DNA of 64,000 nucleotides from an uncultured Methanosarcinaceae archaeon (GTDB lineage: Archaea > Halobacteriota > Methanosarcinia > Methanosarcinales > Methanosarcinaceae). The notes beneath the pieces were generated by a model that worked only from the letters and a program-made list of their open reading frames with translations, did no database searches and was not told the origin of the DNA. Below are positions 38,869 through 48,343 of the stretch, piece after piece (within the stretch, counting starts at the first letter, position 1; each line of letters opens with the position of its first letter). Location of the stretch: positions 224,001-288,000 of the forward strand of contig CAWJYV010000008.1 in NCBI GenBank assembly GCA_963847185.1, written 5' to 3'. A program made the position numbers and the translations under genes.

Positions 38869-38888
38869 GTGTGAACAGCTGTTCATAT
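38869..38888. promoter_or_regulatory. ArsR/SmtB-type operator palindrome
   Basis: Perfect TGAACAGCTGTTCA (38872-38885) directly upstream of the arsR pseudogene. Confidence 0.7.
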
Positions 38889-38966
38889 TGATTTCTTTTT
38901 AAATACTGATGTAATTGCTGATCTTTCAGTCCCGGGTTATATCTAAAATCTGTCCATGCTCGGTTT

Positions 38967-39740
38967 TCAGAGACTCAGGACAAAAATAAAAATTATTGTC
39001 AGGATCAAAAAAGCTATCCAATCCCTTTTCTGCACTGAAAGTTCATATATTGAGGTCCGGCATTTTCCCTGATAAGCTCTGCTTTCCATTGCAAGTGCCA
39101 GTTCTCCTGCATCCCTGATAATTCCCCTTAACAGCGGGATTGTAAGGGCAGGAATCGAATGAAATGGATTTTTAGTAAAATCCATCCCTCTTGCAACCTG
39201 GGCGGATTTTGTCCTATCAATTCTTTCAAAAAGAAGGGGAAGAAAAGCTATTGAAATATTCATCATTGTAGCAAGCTCAAAGGAGCTGATTCCCAGCCAG
39301 CGGAGTGGCAAAGGTCGAAGCATTTTTTCTACTCCACAGGTAATTGCAGAAGGGTCGGTAGTGGCTGTAAGGAGGGATGCAAACAGAAGGAGAAGTACGA
39401 ATCGGGCAGCAAGCTGAAGTCCTTTCTCAAACCCTTCCAAACTCGGCTTCAGGATCCAGAGGGAATCAATAGCTCTTCCTTCTGTGAAAAATAGCTGTGT
39501 AAGAAATATAAATAATATGAAAAGTAGCATGGGCCTGACTGTTCCGAAAAGTAATCTCATCGGCAGTCTTGAGAGCAAGGCGAGAGCAAAGAAAAGCACG
39601 AAGAGAGCTACTATCTCTTCAAAGCTCTCAATCCTGAGCACCAGAATACCAAGTAGCATTACTGCTGCAATTTTTGTCCTGGGGTCAAGCTTGTGGAGGA
39701 CTGAAACTCCAGGCACGTAACTGAAGACCGGCTCTTGCAT
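38967..39740 (-). CDS. ECF transporter transmembrane T component
   Basis: LHKLDPRTK, AQVARG and AMESRAY motifs. Confidence 0.93.
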   Translation of the reverse strand: MQEPVFSYVPGVSVLHKLDPRTKIAAVMLLGILVLRIESFEEIVALFVLFFALALLSRLPMRLLFGTVRPMLLFILFIFLTQLFFTEGRAIDSLWILKPSLEGFEKGLQLAARFVLLLLFASLLTATTDPSAITCGVEKMLRPLPLRWLGISSFELATMMNISIAFLPLLFERIDRTKSAQVARGMDFTKNPFHSIPALTIPLLRGIIRDAGELALAMESRAYQGKCRTSIYELSVQKRDWIAFLILTIIFIFVLSL

Positions 39741-39746
39741 TTTCTC

Positions 39747-40589
39747 TCACCCTTTATTTTCAATATTTTCTTTCTCAGTCACTGCTTTTACTTTCAATAT
39801 CTCTTCAAGAGCGCCTTCAACCGTAAATACTGCAGGGTTAACAGGCAAGCCTCTTGCTTTAAGTTCTTTCATCAAGGAGGCTATCGGAGGAAGAGGAGTG
39901 CACCCAGCCTTAAGATAATCTTCTCTGCTTCCCTGAAATGCTATTCTGCCTTCCCTGATGAGAACTATTCTCTCCAGTAGTGGGAAAAACCCTTTAAGGT
40001 TGTGAGTTACTGCTATAACTGCAGTCCCTCTATCCCTTACTTTTTTAAAAGCATCGAGAATTTCCTTTTTCCCACCCGGGTCAAGCCCTGTTATGGGTTC
40101 GTCCAGTATCAGATAATCCGGCCTCAGGGCAAGAGCACTTGCAAGGGCAACCCTTTGCATCTCTCCTCCGCTCAGGCTGAAGGGGTCTCGAGAAAGCATG
40201 GAGTGGTCAAGAGAAACAGCTTCAATAGCCTCAACCACTCTTTCTTTTGTCTCTTCTTTTGAGTAACCGAAATTTAAAGGTCCGAAGGCTATCTCGTCAT
40301 AGACAGTCCTGCAAAAAAGCTGGTCTGAAGCCTGTTGAAAAACCATTCCTATCCTGCGTTTTACCTCTCTTGAGGACGGATCAAGCCCGTCCACGCGAAC
40401 AGTTCCAGTCTCAGGGTGTAGTAGCCCATTAAAAAGCTTTAAAAGAGTTGATTTGCCTGCACCCTTTTCTCCCAGTATTCCCACAAATTCTCCTTTCCCT
40501 ATCTGAAGGTTAATGTTTCTCAAAGCGCAAGTTTCGAGAGGAGTGTTTCTGGAGTATGAGAAACTTACGTTTTCAAGAATAATTGGCAT
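39747..40589 (-). CDS. ECF transporter ATPase (A2)
   Basis: GEKGAGKS, LSGGEMQR, LILDEP. Confidence 0.93.
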   Translation of the reverse strand: MPIILENVSFSYSRNTPLETCALRNINLQIGKGEFVGILGEKGAGKSTLLKLFNGLLHPETGTVRVDGLDPSSREVKRRIGMVFQQASDQLFCRTVYDEIAFGPLNFGYSKEETKERVVEAIEAVSLDHSMLSRDPFSLSGGEMQRVALASALALRPDYLILDEPITGLDPGGKKEILDAFKKVRDRGTAVIAVTHNLKGFFPLLERIVLIREGRIAFQGSREDYLKAGCTPLPPIASLMKELKARGLPVNPAVFTVEGALEEILKVKAVTEKENIENKG

Positions 40590-41389
40590 ATCTCCTCCGC
40601 AAAGCTTTCAGGGGAAGAAGCTTTTTCCCAGGGAATTGTGATCCCGTGAGCCTTCAAATTTGCTGCCAGCTCAAAAAGGGAAGGCAGGGGAAGTCTCAGG
40701 CTTTGGAGGGAAGAGTCCGAAAAAACGCTCTCAGGATCTCCTTCAAGTATTATCCTTCCTTTTTCTATGACAATGATCCTGTCTGCAGCATGAAGTTCTT
40801 CGAGGTTATGGGTTATATATACAATGGTTTTTCCTTTTTCATGCAGTTTTTTTATGCGTTCGAGCACAGCTTTACTTGAATCAGGGTCAAGCATGGAAGT
40901 TACTTCATCAAAAACGAGACACTCGGATTTCATAGCAAGAACTCCAGCCAGGGCCACACATTGCCTCTGCCCCCCACTCAGGGTTTTTGGAGAATGATAT
41001 TTATATTTTTCAAGCCCTGTTTCGGCAAGAATCATATCCACATATTTTCGGATTTCTGCCGGAGGAAAACAGAGATTTTCGGGGCCGAAAGCCAGATCTT
41101 CTTCGACTGTTCTTCCAACAAACTGAGTTTCAGGGTTCTGGAATACAATACCTATAAATTTCCTTATACTTTGAAGATTTTCAGGGTCACGGGTATCCAT
41201 GCCTCTTATCACTACCCTGCCTGTCTGGGGTCTCAGGATCCCGTTTAGGTGAAGGGCAAGTGTGGACTTGCCACTTCCGTTTTTACCAATTATCCCTAAG
41301 AACTCTCCTTTTTTTATTGCCAAATTTATGTTCTCAAGAGCAGAAGCCCCATTAGGATAACTGTAACTAACTTTTTCGAGCCTGATCAT
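40565..41389 (-). CDS. ECF transporter ATPase (A1)
   Basis: GKNGSGKS, FQNPETQF, LSGGQRQ, FDEVTSMLDP. Confidence 0.93.
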   Translation of the reverse strand: MIRLEKVSYSYPNGASALENINLAIKKGEFLGIIGKNGSGKSTLALHLNGILRPQTGRVVIRGMDTRDPENLQSIRKFIGIVFQNPETQFVGRTVEEDLAFGPENLCFPPAEIRKYVDMILAETGLEKYKYHSPKTLSGGQRQCVALAGVLAMKSECLVFDEVTSMLDPDSSKAVLERIKKLHEKGKTIVYITHNLEELHAADRIIVIEKGRIILEGDPESVFSDSSLQSLRLPLPSLFELAANLKAHGITIPWEKASSPESFAEEICQLFLKT

Positions 41390-41468
41390 ACTTACTCAAA
41401 TTTTCATTTCTAGCTTTTTATTCTCCGAAATATCCCAGTCTTCGAAATAAAAACTGCGATTAAGGAGT

Positions 41469-42032
41469 TTAGAGTTCATGAGTTGAAGCAATGTATGCAG
41501 CAACTGCGGTTTTAACTATTTCTCCCGGCAAAAAAGGTATAGCTCCGAGGGTAAGAGCTGTTGCTGGTCCAATATCAGCAACCATCATAAGCTGAAAAAC
41601 TCCACATACATAAATAACCAGGACTCCTATACTCATGTTAAACGCATTAATGAGAAGTCTGGATCCGGTAGTATTCTCAGTTCTTTCTGAAAGCTTTCCT
41701 ATAATATAAGCAGCCAGAATGAAACCGACTATATAACCTCCTGTGGGTCCAAGAAGCACACCCAATCCCGAGCTTCCTCCTGAAAATACTGGAAGGCCTG
41801 CAATTCCCAGAAGGGTATAAACTATCATACTCAAGCTTCCCCATTTGCTTTTCAACATACTGCCCGCAAGCAAAACAAAGAAAACCTGCAGTGTAATAGG
41901 GACAGGTGAGAATGGAATCGGAATCTGTATGTAAGCGCCTGCAGCAGTCAATGATGCAAAAAGAGACGCAAAAACCATCATCCGGATTTCTGGCGTATGG
42001 GATGAGTAGGTATGGCTGTTTTTTATATTCAT
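41469..42032 (-). CDS. bioY: Biotin transporter BioY (ECF S component)
   Basis: PVPITLQVF, GLPVFSGG, GPTGGYIVGF. Confidence 0.95.
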   Translation of the reverse strand: MNIKNSHTYSSHTPEIRMMVFASLFASLTAAGAYIQIPIPFSPVPITLQVFFVLLAGSMLKSKWGSLSMIVYTLLGIAGLPVFSGGSSGLGVLLGPTGGYIVGFILAAYIIGKLSERTENTTGSRLLINAFNMSIGVLVIYVCGVFQLMMVADIGPATALTLGAIPFLPGEIVKTAVAAYIASTHEL

Positions 42033-42269
42033 ACTTTTTTCCCCTTCTTTTTTTATTTTTTACCTTTTTATTCTCTTTTTTCGCTTTTTAATCCTTTAAA
42101 TCTCTTGTAGACTCAAAAATAGGCTGACTAATGATCCTTTAATAGTAGCAAAGAATGTAATGAGAAACTGAAACTGATACGCAGCAAATTCATCAGTCTC
42201 ATAGCGGTAAACCTATTATTGTTAACCTGCCCCATGTGGGATAAATGACTAATGAAGATGTACCCTTAT

Positions 42270-42299
42270 TGTTAACCAATGTATTGGCAATGGTTTACA
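42270..42299. promoter_or_regulatory. BirA operator upstream of bioY
   Basis: TGTTAACC-N14-GGTTTACA; a second copy of TTATTGTTAACC 50 bp away (42216-42227). Confidence 0.75.
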
Positions 42300-42463
42300 T
42301 TAGATTTAAAACTTTCTAGAAAAATAGTCCTCATTTTTCAGGCCTACTTTTTCTTTCTGTGGAGCGATAATTAAATATATATCTTATGCCGCTATTATGG
42401 ATACCTCACCTGAAATGTAGATTCAGCAGACTGTTGCATCGTGCATTTCTCTGAAAATCTCAT

Positions 42464-42538
42464 GGGCGCGTGGCCTAGCCCGGATATGGCGGCAGCCTCC
42501 TAAGCTGTAAATCGGGGGTTCAAATCCCTTCGCGCCCG
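42464..42538 (+). tRNA. tRNA-Arg (anticodon CCT)
   Basis: Acceptor GGGCGCG/CGCGCCC, anticodon stem GCAGC/GCTGT with loop CTCCTAA, T-loop GTTCAAATC. Confidence 0.97.
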
Positions 42539-42792
42539 CTAATTTCTTTCTATTTGGTTTACTTATTTTTTCCGGATACGAATTCTTTTTACGCTTTGAA
42601 TCTCTGAAAAATTCTTCAGAAGTCTTAGAAGAATCAGGTTTTTCTCTAATTATGGATATATATTTCTAAACATGGGAAAATTTCTTATTAAGAAAGAGGA
42701 TAATCTCTTAGCTGAACTTATTAAAGTTTATAAAATATATCCCTGAACGATACAGTCTATTAGAAAATGTACTACCTCAGAGGAAATAGAAA

Positions 42793-43248
42793 TTGATCAG
42801 GAAAGCCAGGGTAAATGATGTTGTTGTAATGAAGCAGATTATAAGTAATTATTCCAAGGATGAGCTCATGCTTGCCCGTTCCCTGAGTGAGATGTATGAG
42901 AACATCAGGGATTACTACGTCTGCGAGATTGATGGAGAGATTGTGGGTTGCTGTGCTTTGCATATTGTCTGGGAGGACCTTGCAGAGATACTTGCTCTTG
43001 CTGTTAAACATGACTGCTCAAGAAAAGGAGTAGGTACAAAGCTTGTCTCTGCCTGTCTTGAGGAAGCTGAAGACCTCGGCATGAAGGATGTCTTTGCTCT
43101 TACTTATGTGCCTGATTTTTTCAAAACTCTAGGCTTTAACATCGTGGACAAAAACACCCTGCCCAGGAAAATCTGGTCTGGCTGCGTGAGATGCCCCAAG
43201 TTTCCGGACTGCAATGAAATTGCTGTCGTAAAATCGATTAATTCCTGA
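42793..43248 (+). CDS. GNAT N-acetyltransferase, short ArgA (N-acetylglutamate synthase)-like
   Basis: LARSLSEMYENIRDY, GCCALHIVWEDLAEILALAV, LPRKIWSGCVRCPKFPDCNE; TTG start after GAGG. Confidence 0.88.
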   Translation: MIRKARVNDVVVMKQIISNYSKDELMLARSLSEMYENIRDYYVCEIDGEIVGCCALHIVWEDLAEILALAVKHDCSRKGVGTKLVSACLEEAEDLGMKDVFALTYVPDFFKTLGFNIVDKNTLPRKIWSGCVRCPKFPDCNEIAVVKSINS

Positions 43249-43333
43249 GTTGCTACAGGATTTTTCTTTTCTATTTTTCCTTATCCTCATAAGATAAAAA
43301 ACCAAAAAATATTTATTCAGGCAGTTATGTTTT

Positions 43334-43347
43334 TTAGGTTGTCCTAA
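43334..43347. promoter_or_regulatory. DtxR/IdeR-type operator of the dtxR-feoB operon
   Basis: TTAGGTTGTCCTAA (cf. TTAGGTTAGCCTAA) about 20 bp downstream of TATA-like TTTATTCA. Confidence 0.7.
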
Positions 43348-43389
43348 TTCTTTGGTCTGAATTGGAGCCTGTGTTGGCGGGAGTTGTTA

Positions 43390-44067
43390 ATGCATACGGA
43401 TCGATTTGAAGAGTATCTTGAAACTATTCTTTACCTTATCAGGAAGAACCAGGGCCCTGCAAAAACAAAACAGATATCAGAAGAACTTAATGTCTCTCCT
43501 CCGAGTGTGACTGAAATGGTAAAAAAATTAAATTCTTCTGGACTTGTGGAGTATACCCCTTACCAGGGTGTTGAATTGACAGAAAAGGGGACTGAGCAAG
43601 CTATCAAGATCAAAAGAAAACACCAGGTGCTTGAAACTTTTCTGGTTGATATCCTTGATTTTGATAGAAAGGAAGCTCACAAAGAAGCTTGCGAACTTGA
43701 ACATGCAGTATCTGATGCTGTACTTGAAAAAATTTATGAATTTTTGGGATGCCCCGAATATTGCCCTGACGGGCACCCTATTAACATAGATAAAAGCAAC
43801 ATTAAGCGGGAGGAAGGATTTCTTCCTCTTGATGAAATGGAAGAGGGAGCTTCTGGCAAAATTGCCAGAGTAACTCTTCCCAGAGAAACGAAAGAGCGTT
43901 TGAATTCTCTTGGTATTCTTACAGGAGAAGATATTGAAATCAAACGCAAGCAAAAGCAAGGATGTATCTCGGTTATGGCCATGGGGTCTGAAATTGCTCT
44001 CGGAAGGGATATTGCGAAGAAAATTTTTATAATTCCCAAAAACAAAAGAGTGCAGAATCAGGACTGA
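43390..44067 (+). CDS. DtxR/MntR-family metal-dependent regulator with C-terminal FeoA domain
   Basis: EEYLETI, VSPPSVTEM, RKHQVLETFL, EACELEH, CPDGHPI, FeoA-like tail. Confidence 0.93.
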   Translation: MHTDRFEEYLETILYLIRKNQGPAKTKQISEELNVSPPSVTEMVKKLNSSGLVEYTPYQGVELTEKGTEQAIKIKRKHQVLETFLVDILDFDRKEAHKEACELEHAVSDAVLEKIYEFLGCPEYCPDGHPINIDKSNIKREEGFLPLDEMEEGASGKIARVTLPRETKERLNSLGILTGEDIEIKRKQKQGCISVMAMGSEIALGRDIAKKIFIIPKNKRVQNQD

Positions 44068-44103
44068 AGTAATTAACCGGTGTGAAGCAAGATTATTGGA
44101 GAA

Positions 44104-46083
44104 GTGATAGGAATTTCCAGCTCATGCTGTACTTCTGACAATGAAAGTAAAGATAAAACTCCTTATAATTTGACAATTGCCTTCATAGGCAACCCAAGTG
44201 TTGGTAAAAGTGTTTTTTTCAGTAGGCTTACAGGAGTAGGGGTCGAAGTTTCAAATTACCCTGGCACGACAGTTGCACTTAAAAGAGGAACTGTAAAGGC
44301 CCGGGGTAAAACTATTGAGATAGTTGACCTGCCTGGAATTTATTCTCTTGGGATTACAAACGAAGATGAGAGGGTAACAAAGAAATTTCTCATAGAGGAT
44401 AAACCGGATATTATAGTCAATGTCCTGGACGCCAGCAGGCTTGAGAGAAATCTCTATCTTACCTTGCAGCTTCTTGAACTTGATATTCCTATGGTTATTG
44501 CCCTAAACCAGGTAGATCTGGCTGCAGATCTTGGAATTCTAGTTGATTCTAATACTCTCTCGGAACTTCTTGGCTTGCCTGTTGTGCCAACTGTTGCAAC
44601 CTGGGGAATAGGACTCGATGAAGTCATGCTCGTAGCTCTCGAAGAGCAGGGAAAAGTTCAGAAACATCATAGAGTAGGGTACAGTAACTGGATCCGACAG
44701 GCTCTGTCTACACTTGATTATTCCTTCCCTCACATTTCTCCAAGCGTAAAGATTGCAGCACTTCTTAATGATGCCGAATTTGTGGAACTCTGCTGTATGC
44801 CTCCTGAAGCTAATTCTCTTCTGGCTTCTGCAAGGCGGTTGAGGCAGAACCTTGAGATGGAACATGGAATTTCGGTGCCGGATACGGTTGCAAGAGATCT
44901 GTATGGAGAAGCTGGATATATAGTTGACAGTGTGGTTTCAAGGTTCGAACCCAAAAAAAGCATAAAAACAAAGATCGATTCAATACTTACCTCTCCCAAT
45001 TTCGGGATTCTTGTGCTTATATCTGCTCTACTCCTTACTTTTCTTCTTGTCTTCAGGGTAGGAGGTTTCCTTGAGACCTGGATCGTAAATGAGATTTTTG
45101 AACCCTATGTGATTCTTCCTGTGGATAGTATGCTTTCTAACGCGTCGCCTATCCTGAGAAACCTCATTCTATACACTCTGAGGGGTATAGAAGCCGGATT
45201 TGCAATTGCAATTCCTTATATCGCAGTCTTTTACGCTATTCTTTCTATATTCGAAGATTCCGGATATCTAACAAGGGCGGCATTTCTTCTGGACAATTTC
45301 ACTCATAAACTAGGGCTGCACGGGAGAGCTGTGATTCCGCTTGTTCTGGGTTTTGGCTGTAATGTCCCTGCAATCATGGCAGTTCATTCTCTTGGCACGC
45401 GGCGGGAAAAGAGGATAGCTTCTGTCCTGATCTCTCTAATTCCCTGTTCTGCAAGAACAGTTATTATTCTGGGGCTTGTTGGAACCTTTGTAGGCTTCTG
45501 GCCTGCGGTTTCAATATATGTTATGGAAGTTATCATCATCGTTGCCCTTGGATGGATTCTAGGGAAAACCCTGCCGGGACAAAGAAGCGGCTTCATAATG
45601 GAAATGACTCCTCTCCGAAAACCGGAACTGAAATCTACTCTCAGAAAAACCTGGATGAAGAGCCGGGAGTTTCTCTTTATCGCTTTTCCGCTGCTGCTCC
45701 TTGGAAGCGCGTTTCTTGGAGTTGCTGATGCTCTCGGCCTTCTTTCACTTTTCCAGAACTTTGTAGAACCTATATCTGTAGGTCTGCTGGGGCTTCCTGC
45801 ATTTGCTGCGACAGCTCTTGTATTCGGGATCCTTAGAAAAGAAATGGCTCTCCAGATCCTGGCCGTACTTGCAGGTACAGCTAACTTTGCAGCTGTAATG
45901 ACGCCCGTTCAGATGTACCAGTTTGCTGTCATCACGACGATTTATATCCCGTGTGTCGCAACTATTGCAGTACTTAAACATGAGCTTGGCCTAAAAGATA
46001 CGGTCTCTATAGCCCTTTTCACTATATTTCTGGCTCTTGGAGCAGGTATTCTGATTAGGATTTTCGGGCCCTCTTTTCTGTAA
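44104..46083 (+). CDS. feoB: Ferrous iron transporter B
   Basis: GNPSVGKS, NYPGTTV, DLPG, NQVD; FEDSGY, GFGCNVPA, IPCSAR. Confidence 0.96.
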   Translation: MIGISSSCCTSDNESKDKTPYNLTIAFIGNPSVGKSVFFSRLTGVGVEVSNYPGTTVALKRGTVKARGKTIEIVDLPGIYSLGITNEDERVTKKFLIEDKPDIIVNVLDASRLERNLYLTLQLLELDIPMVIALNQVDLAADLGILVDSNTLSELLGLPVVPTVATWGIGLDEVMLVALEEQGKVQKHHRVGYSNWIRQALSTLDYSFPHISPSVKIAALLNDAEFVELCCMPPEANSLLASARRLRQNLEMEHGISVPDTVARDLYGEAGYIVDSVVSRFEPKKSIKTKIDSILTSPNFGILVLISALLLTFLLVFRVGGFLETWIVNEIFEPYVILPVDSMLSNASPILRNLILYTLRGIEAGFAIAIPYIAVFYAILSIFEDSGYLTRAAFLLDNFTHKLGLHGRAVIPLVLGFGCNVPAIMAVHSLGTRREKRIASVLISLIPCSARTVIILGLVGTFVGFWPAVSIYVMEVIIIVALGWILGKTLPGQRSGFIMEMTPLRKPELKSTLRKTWMKSREFLFIAFPLLLLGSAFLGVADALGLLSLFQNFVEPISVGLLGLPAFAATALVFGILRKEMALQILAVLAGTANFAAVMTPVQMYQFAVITTIYIPCVATIAVLKHELGLKDTVSIALFTIFLALGAGILIRIFGPSFL

Positions 46084-46239
46084 CCTTCTTTTTGTATCTT
46101 AAAAAACCTTTTTTTAATTTATTGAGAAGTGTTTTTAGTATTGGAAAATAGCTTTTTTCTTATTGACGTTTCATTTTTCATTATGGGAGACAAGATCATA
46201 TAGGCCTAGCACAATATTTATATATTAACAATGTTGTTC

Positions 46240-46570
46240 ACATCTTTCTGAATTGTTTTTCTGATGCCGCAAATTATTAATACTTGGCATATCGTGTTTA
46301 TCTCCGATGACCCGAATTACCAATCACGTACACAAAAACGTGTTGAGTGTTATCATGGATATTTTCGAAATGGATCATTTCCGCGAGCCTGAGATTGAAG
46401 AGGTTCAATTTTTCCTTGAAAACGCTGGAACTCATGGTTCCATTGTTAATGAAACCGCTGTGGAAATGGATTGTACACCCTCCAAAATCCAATCTCGGGA
46501 GACTGTATTAGTCGATTTCGATGAGTCCCTCTCATCCATAAAGTAACACTTCCCCCTGACAATTTGGCTC
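46240..46570 (+). ncRNA. Candidate structured ncRNA (alternative: 79-aa ORF 46307-46546)
   Basis: TATA-like TTTATATA at 46217; four nested long-range stems plus local hairpins; boundaries approximate. Confidence 0.4.
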
Positions 46571-46712
46571 CCTTGCTGAAATCCAACTCTTTAACTAATT
46601 CTATTTTCAAGTTATATTGGGTTTCATTCCCTTATTTTGAATTACAAAGTTTTTATTCTTATCTGTTTTGTAATAAACGTATTACTGCATCCCCGAATAG
46701 AATGAATCTGAT

Positions 46713-46761
46713 CCTTCTACTCTATTAAATATTATTTGACCCTTCTACTCTATTAAATATT
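46713..46761 (+). repeat. 21-bp direct repeat CCTTCTACTCTATTAAATATT x2 (28-bp period)
   Basis: Copies at 46713-46733 and 46741-46761. Confidence 0.85.
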
Positions 46762-47294
46762 TTACCTATTTTGCATAAAATATATAAAATTTTTATATCA
46801 GATATTTTTTTCTTCTCTAAAATTCTCTTTTTCCTCAGTTTGTCCTTTAATTTTGGGGGCGGATACAGTCATTTTAGAGTAAATATTTTCTTTTCAACCA
46901 GGTTAATCCTCTACGTAAATTTTTCTGAATTTCAGCTTGCCTTATTCAAGATCTTTTGAGCCCGTTGAATTTCTTTTTCCGTTTTTCGACTCTTTAGCAA
47001 CCTTGCTTTAATAAATTTCACGACATAGGCTTCTTTCTGTCCTGAGGCTGTAAAAATAGCTTTCTCAGGAAGGTTTATAATGTGCTTCTTATTATAATTT
47101 AATTAAAAGTTATTGAAGTAAGGAAAAATACTATCGATTACCATATATATATAAAGTAAGATTACATCTACTTTGTACATATTATTTAAAATTGTCTTAA
47201 TAAGCCAATTTAATTACAATTGTTCTGATGTGCCTTACTGCTAGAGAAGCTGTAAGAGATCAGAAAATCGGGACCCAATTTATAGAGGTATTAT

Positions 47295-48290
47295 ATGAGA
47301 ACTGGACAGAGAGACGTGCACAATACGCCGCTTAAAAGGCGCCTATCAATAAGCTACGAGGAGCTCGAGACTCTCAAGAAATCGATTAAAGTTTCGGTTC
47401 TCAATGAACTGCGGGCCGAAATGGAAAACGTTTCTGACGATGAATCCTTAAAGGACACCATTCTTTCTGAAATCAAGGCTGAGCTGCCGGAAATTCCTGA
47501 TCCTGCTTCACTCAAAGCTTCAATTCTTAACGAATTGAAAGTGGAATTGAACACTTCCAGAGAAAATGAGTCTGGAGGGGCTGATAGGCGGCTTAAGGAA
47601 CTTGCCGGGGTTCAGGATGGGCTCGTCCGGGAATTACTTGATCAAAAAACTCTTATTAAAAAACTGGAAACGGAGCTTACAAATCTCACTAAAAAACTGG
47701 AAGATATCAAAAGCCCTCTTCCTGCCTCTTCTCCTTCCATTCATTTCACTCTCCCTGAAGACCCTCTGGACCTTCCTCCTCTTTCCAGAAAGCCGAATTA
47801 TAAGTCTGAACTCAGAAACGAAAATTCTTCAGGACACAGACTGACTGAATTCAGGGAAGCTCCTGCTCCCCTCCCAGGCACCAATGCAAAAGTTCAATTG
47901 AGAATTAAAGAAATTGAGCCTAAAGAGCTTGATAAAGAAGAGAAAGTTGAAACCAAATGTGAGTATATTATTGCCGAGAGTGGAGATCACAGACGGTTCA
48001 AAGGCAATATGAGGCAGCAGTCATCTATGAAAGCTGAGCCTGTAAAACAACCGCCTCTAAGACAATCTGCTCCTTTGAGACCGCCGTCTTTCAAGCAGAC
48101 TCCTCCTTTGAGAAAGTCTGCTCCTGTAGAGGCAGATTGTACAAGAGTCCCACCTGCAGATGATTATAAGTGTGAGTATATAATCGCTGAAAAGACTCAT
48201 AAAAAAAATATAATTGAAGAGTCCGTGGTTGTGCGGGATACTGATGATGCGGAAATAATTACCTGCAGCCGGAAAATTCTCGGGGCGTAA
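47295..48290 (+). CDS. Hypothetical coiled-coil protein directly upstream of smc
   Basis: RBS GAGGT; three (L)KxSILxE(L/I)KxE repeats, a coiled coil, Pro-rich linker, KCEYIIAE x2; 53 bp before smc. Confidence 0.85.
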   Translation: MRTGQRDVHNTPLKRRLSISYEELETLKKSIKVSVLNELRAEMENVSDDESLKDTILSEIKAELPEIPDPASLKASILNELKVELNTSRENESGGADRRLKELAGVQDGLVRELLDQKTLIKKLETELTNLTKKLEDIKSPLPASSPSIHFTLPEDPLDLPPLSRKPNYKSELRNENSSGHRLTEFREAPAPLPGTNAKVQLRIKEIEPKELDKEEKVETKCEYIIAESGDHRRFKGNMRQQSSMKAEPVKQPPLRQSAPLRPPSFKQTPPLRKSAPVEADCTRVPPADDYKCEYIIAEKTHKKNIIEESVVVRDTDDAEIITCSRKILGA

Positions 48291-48343
48291 GAGGCTTAAA
48301 AAACAGAAAAACCCTCAAAAACGCGAAATTACAGAGGCATTCT

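Noticed and set aside
37021-42538. Integrated element between the two similar tRNA-Arg genes
   Set aside because: Both are full tRNAs with different anticodons, not att duplications; no integrase; the cargo is housekeeping bioY-ECF.
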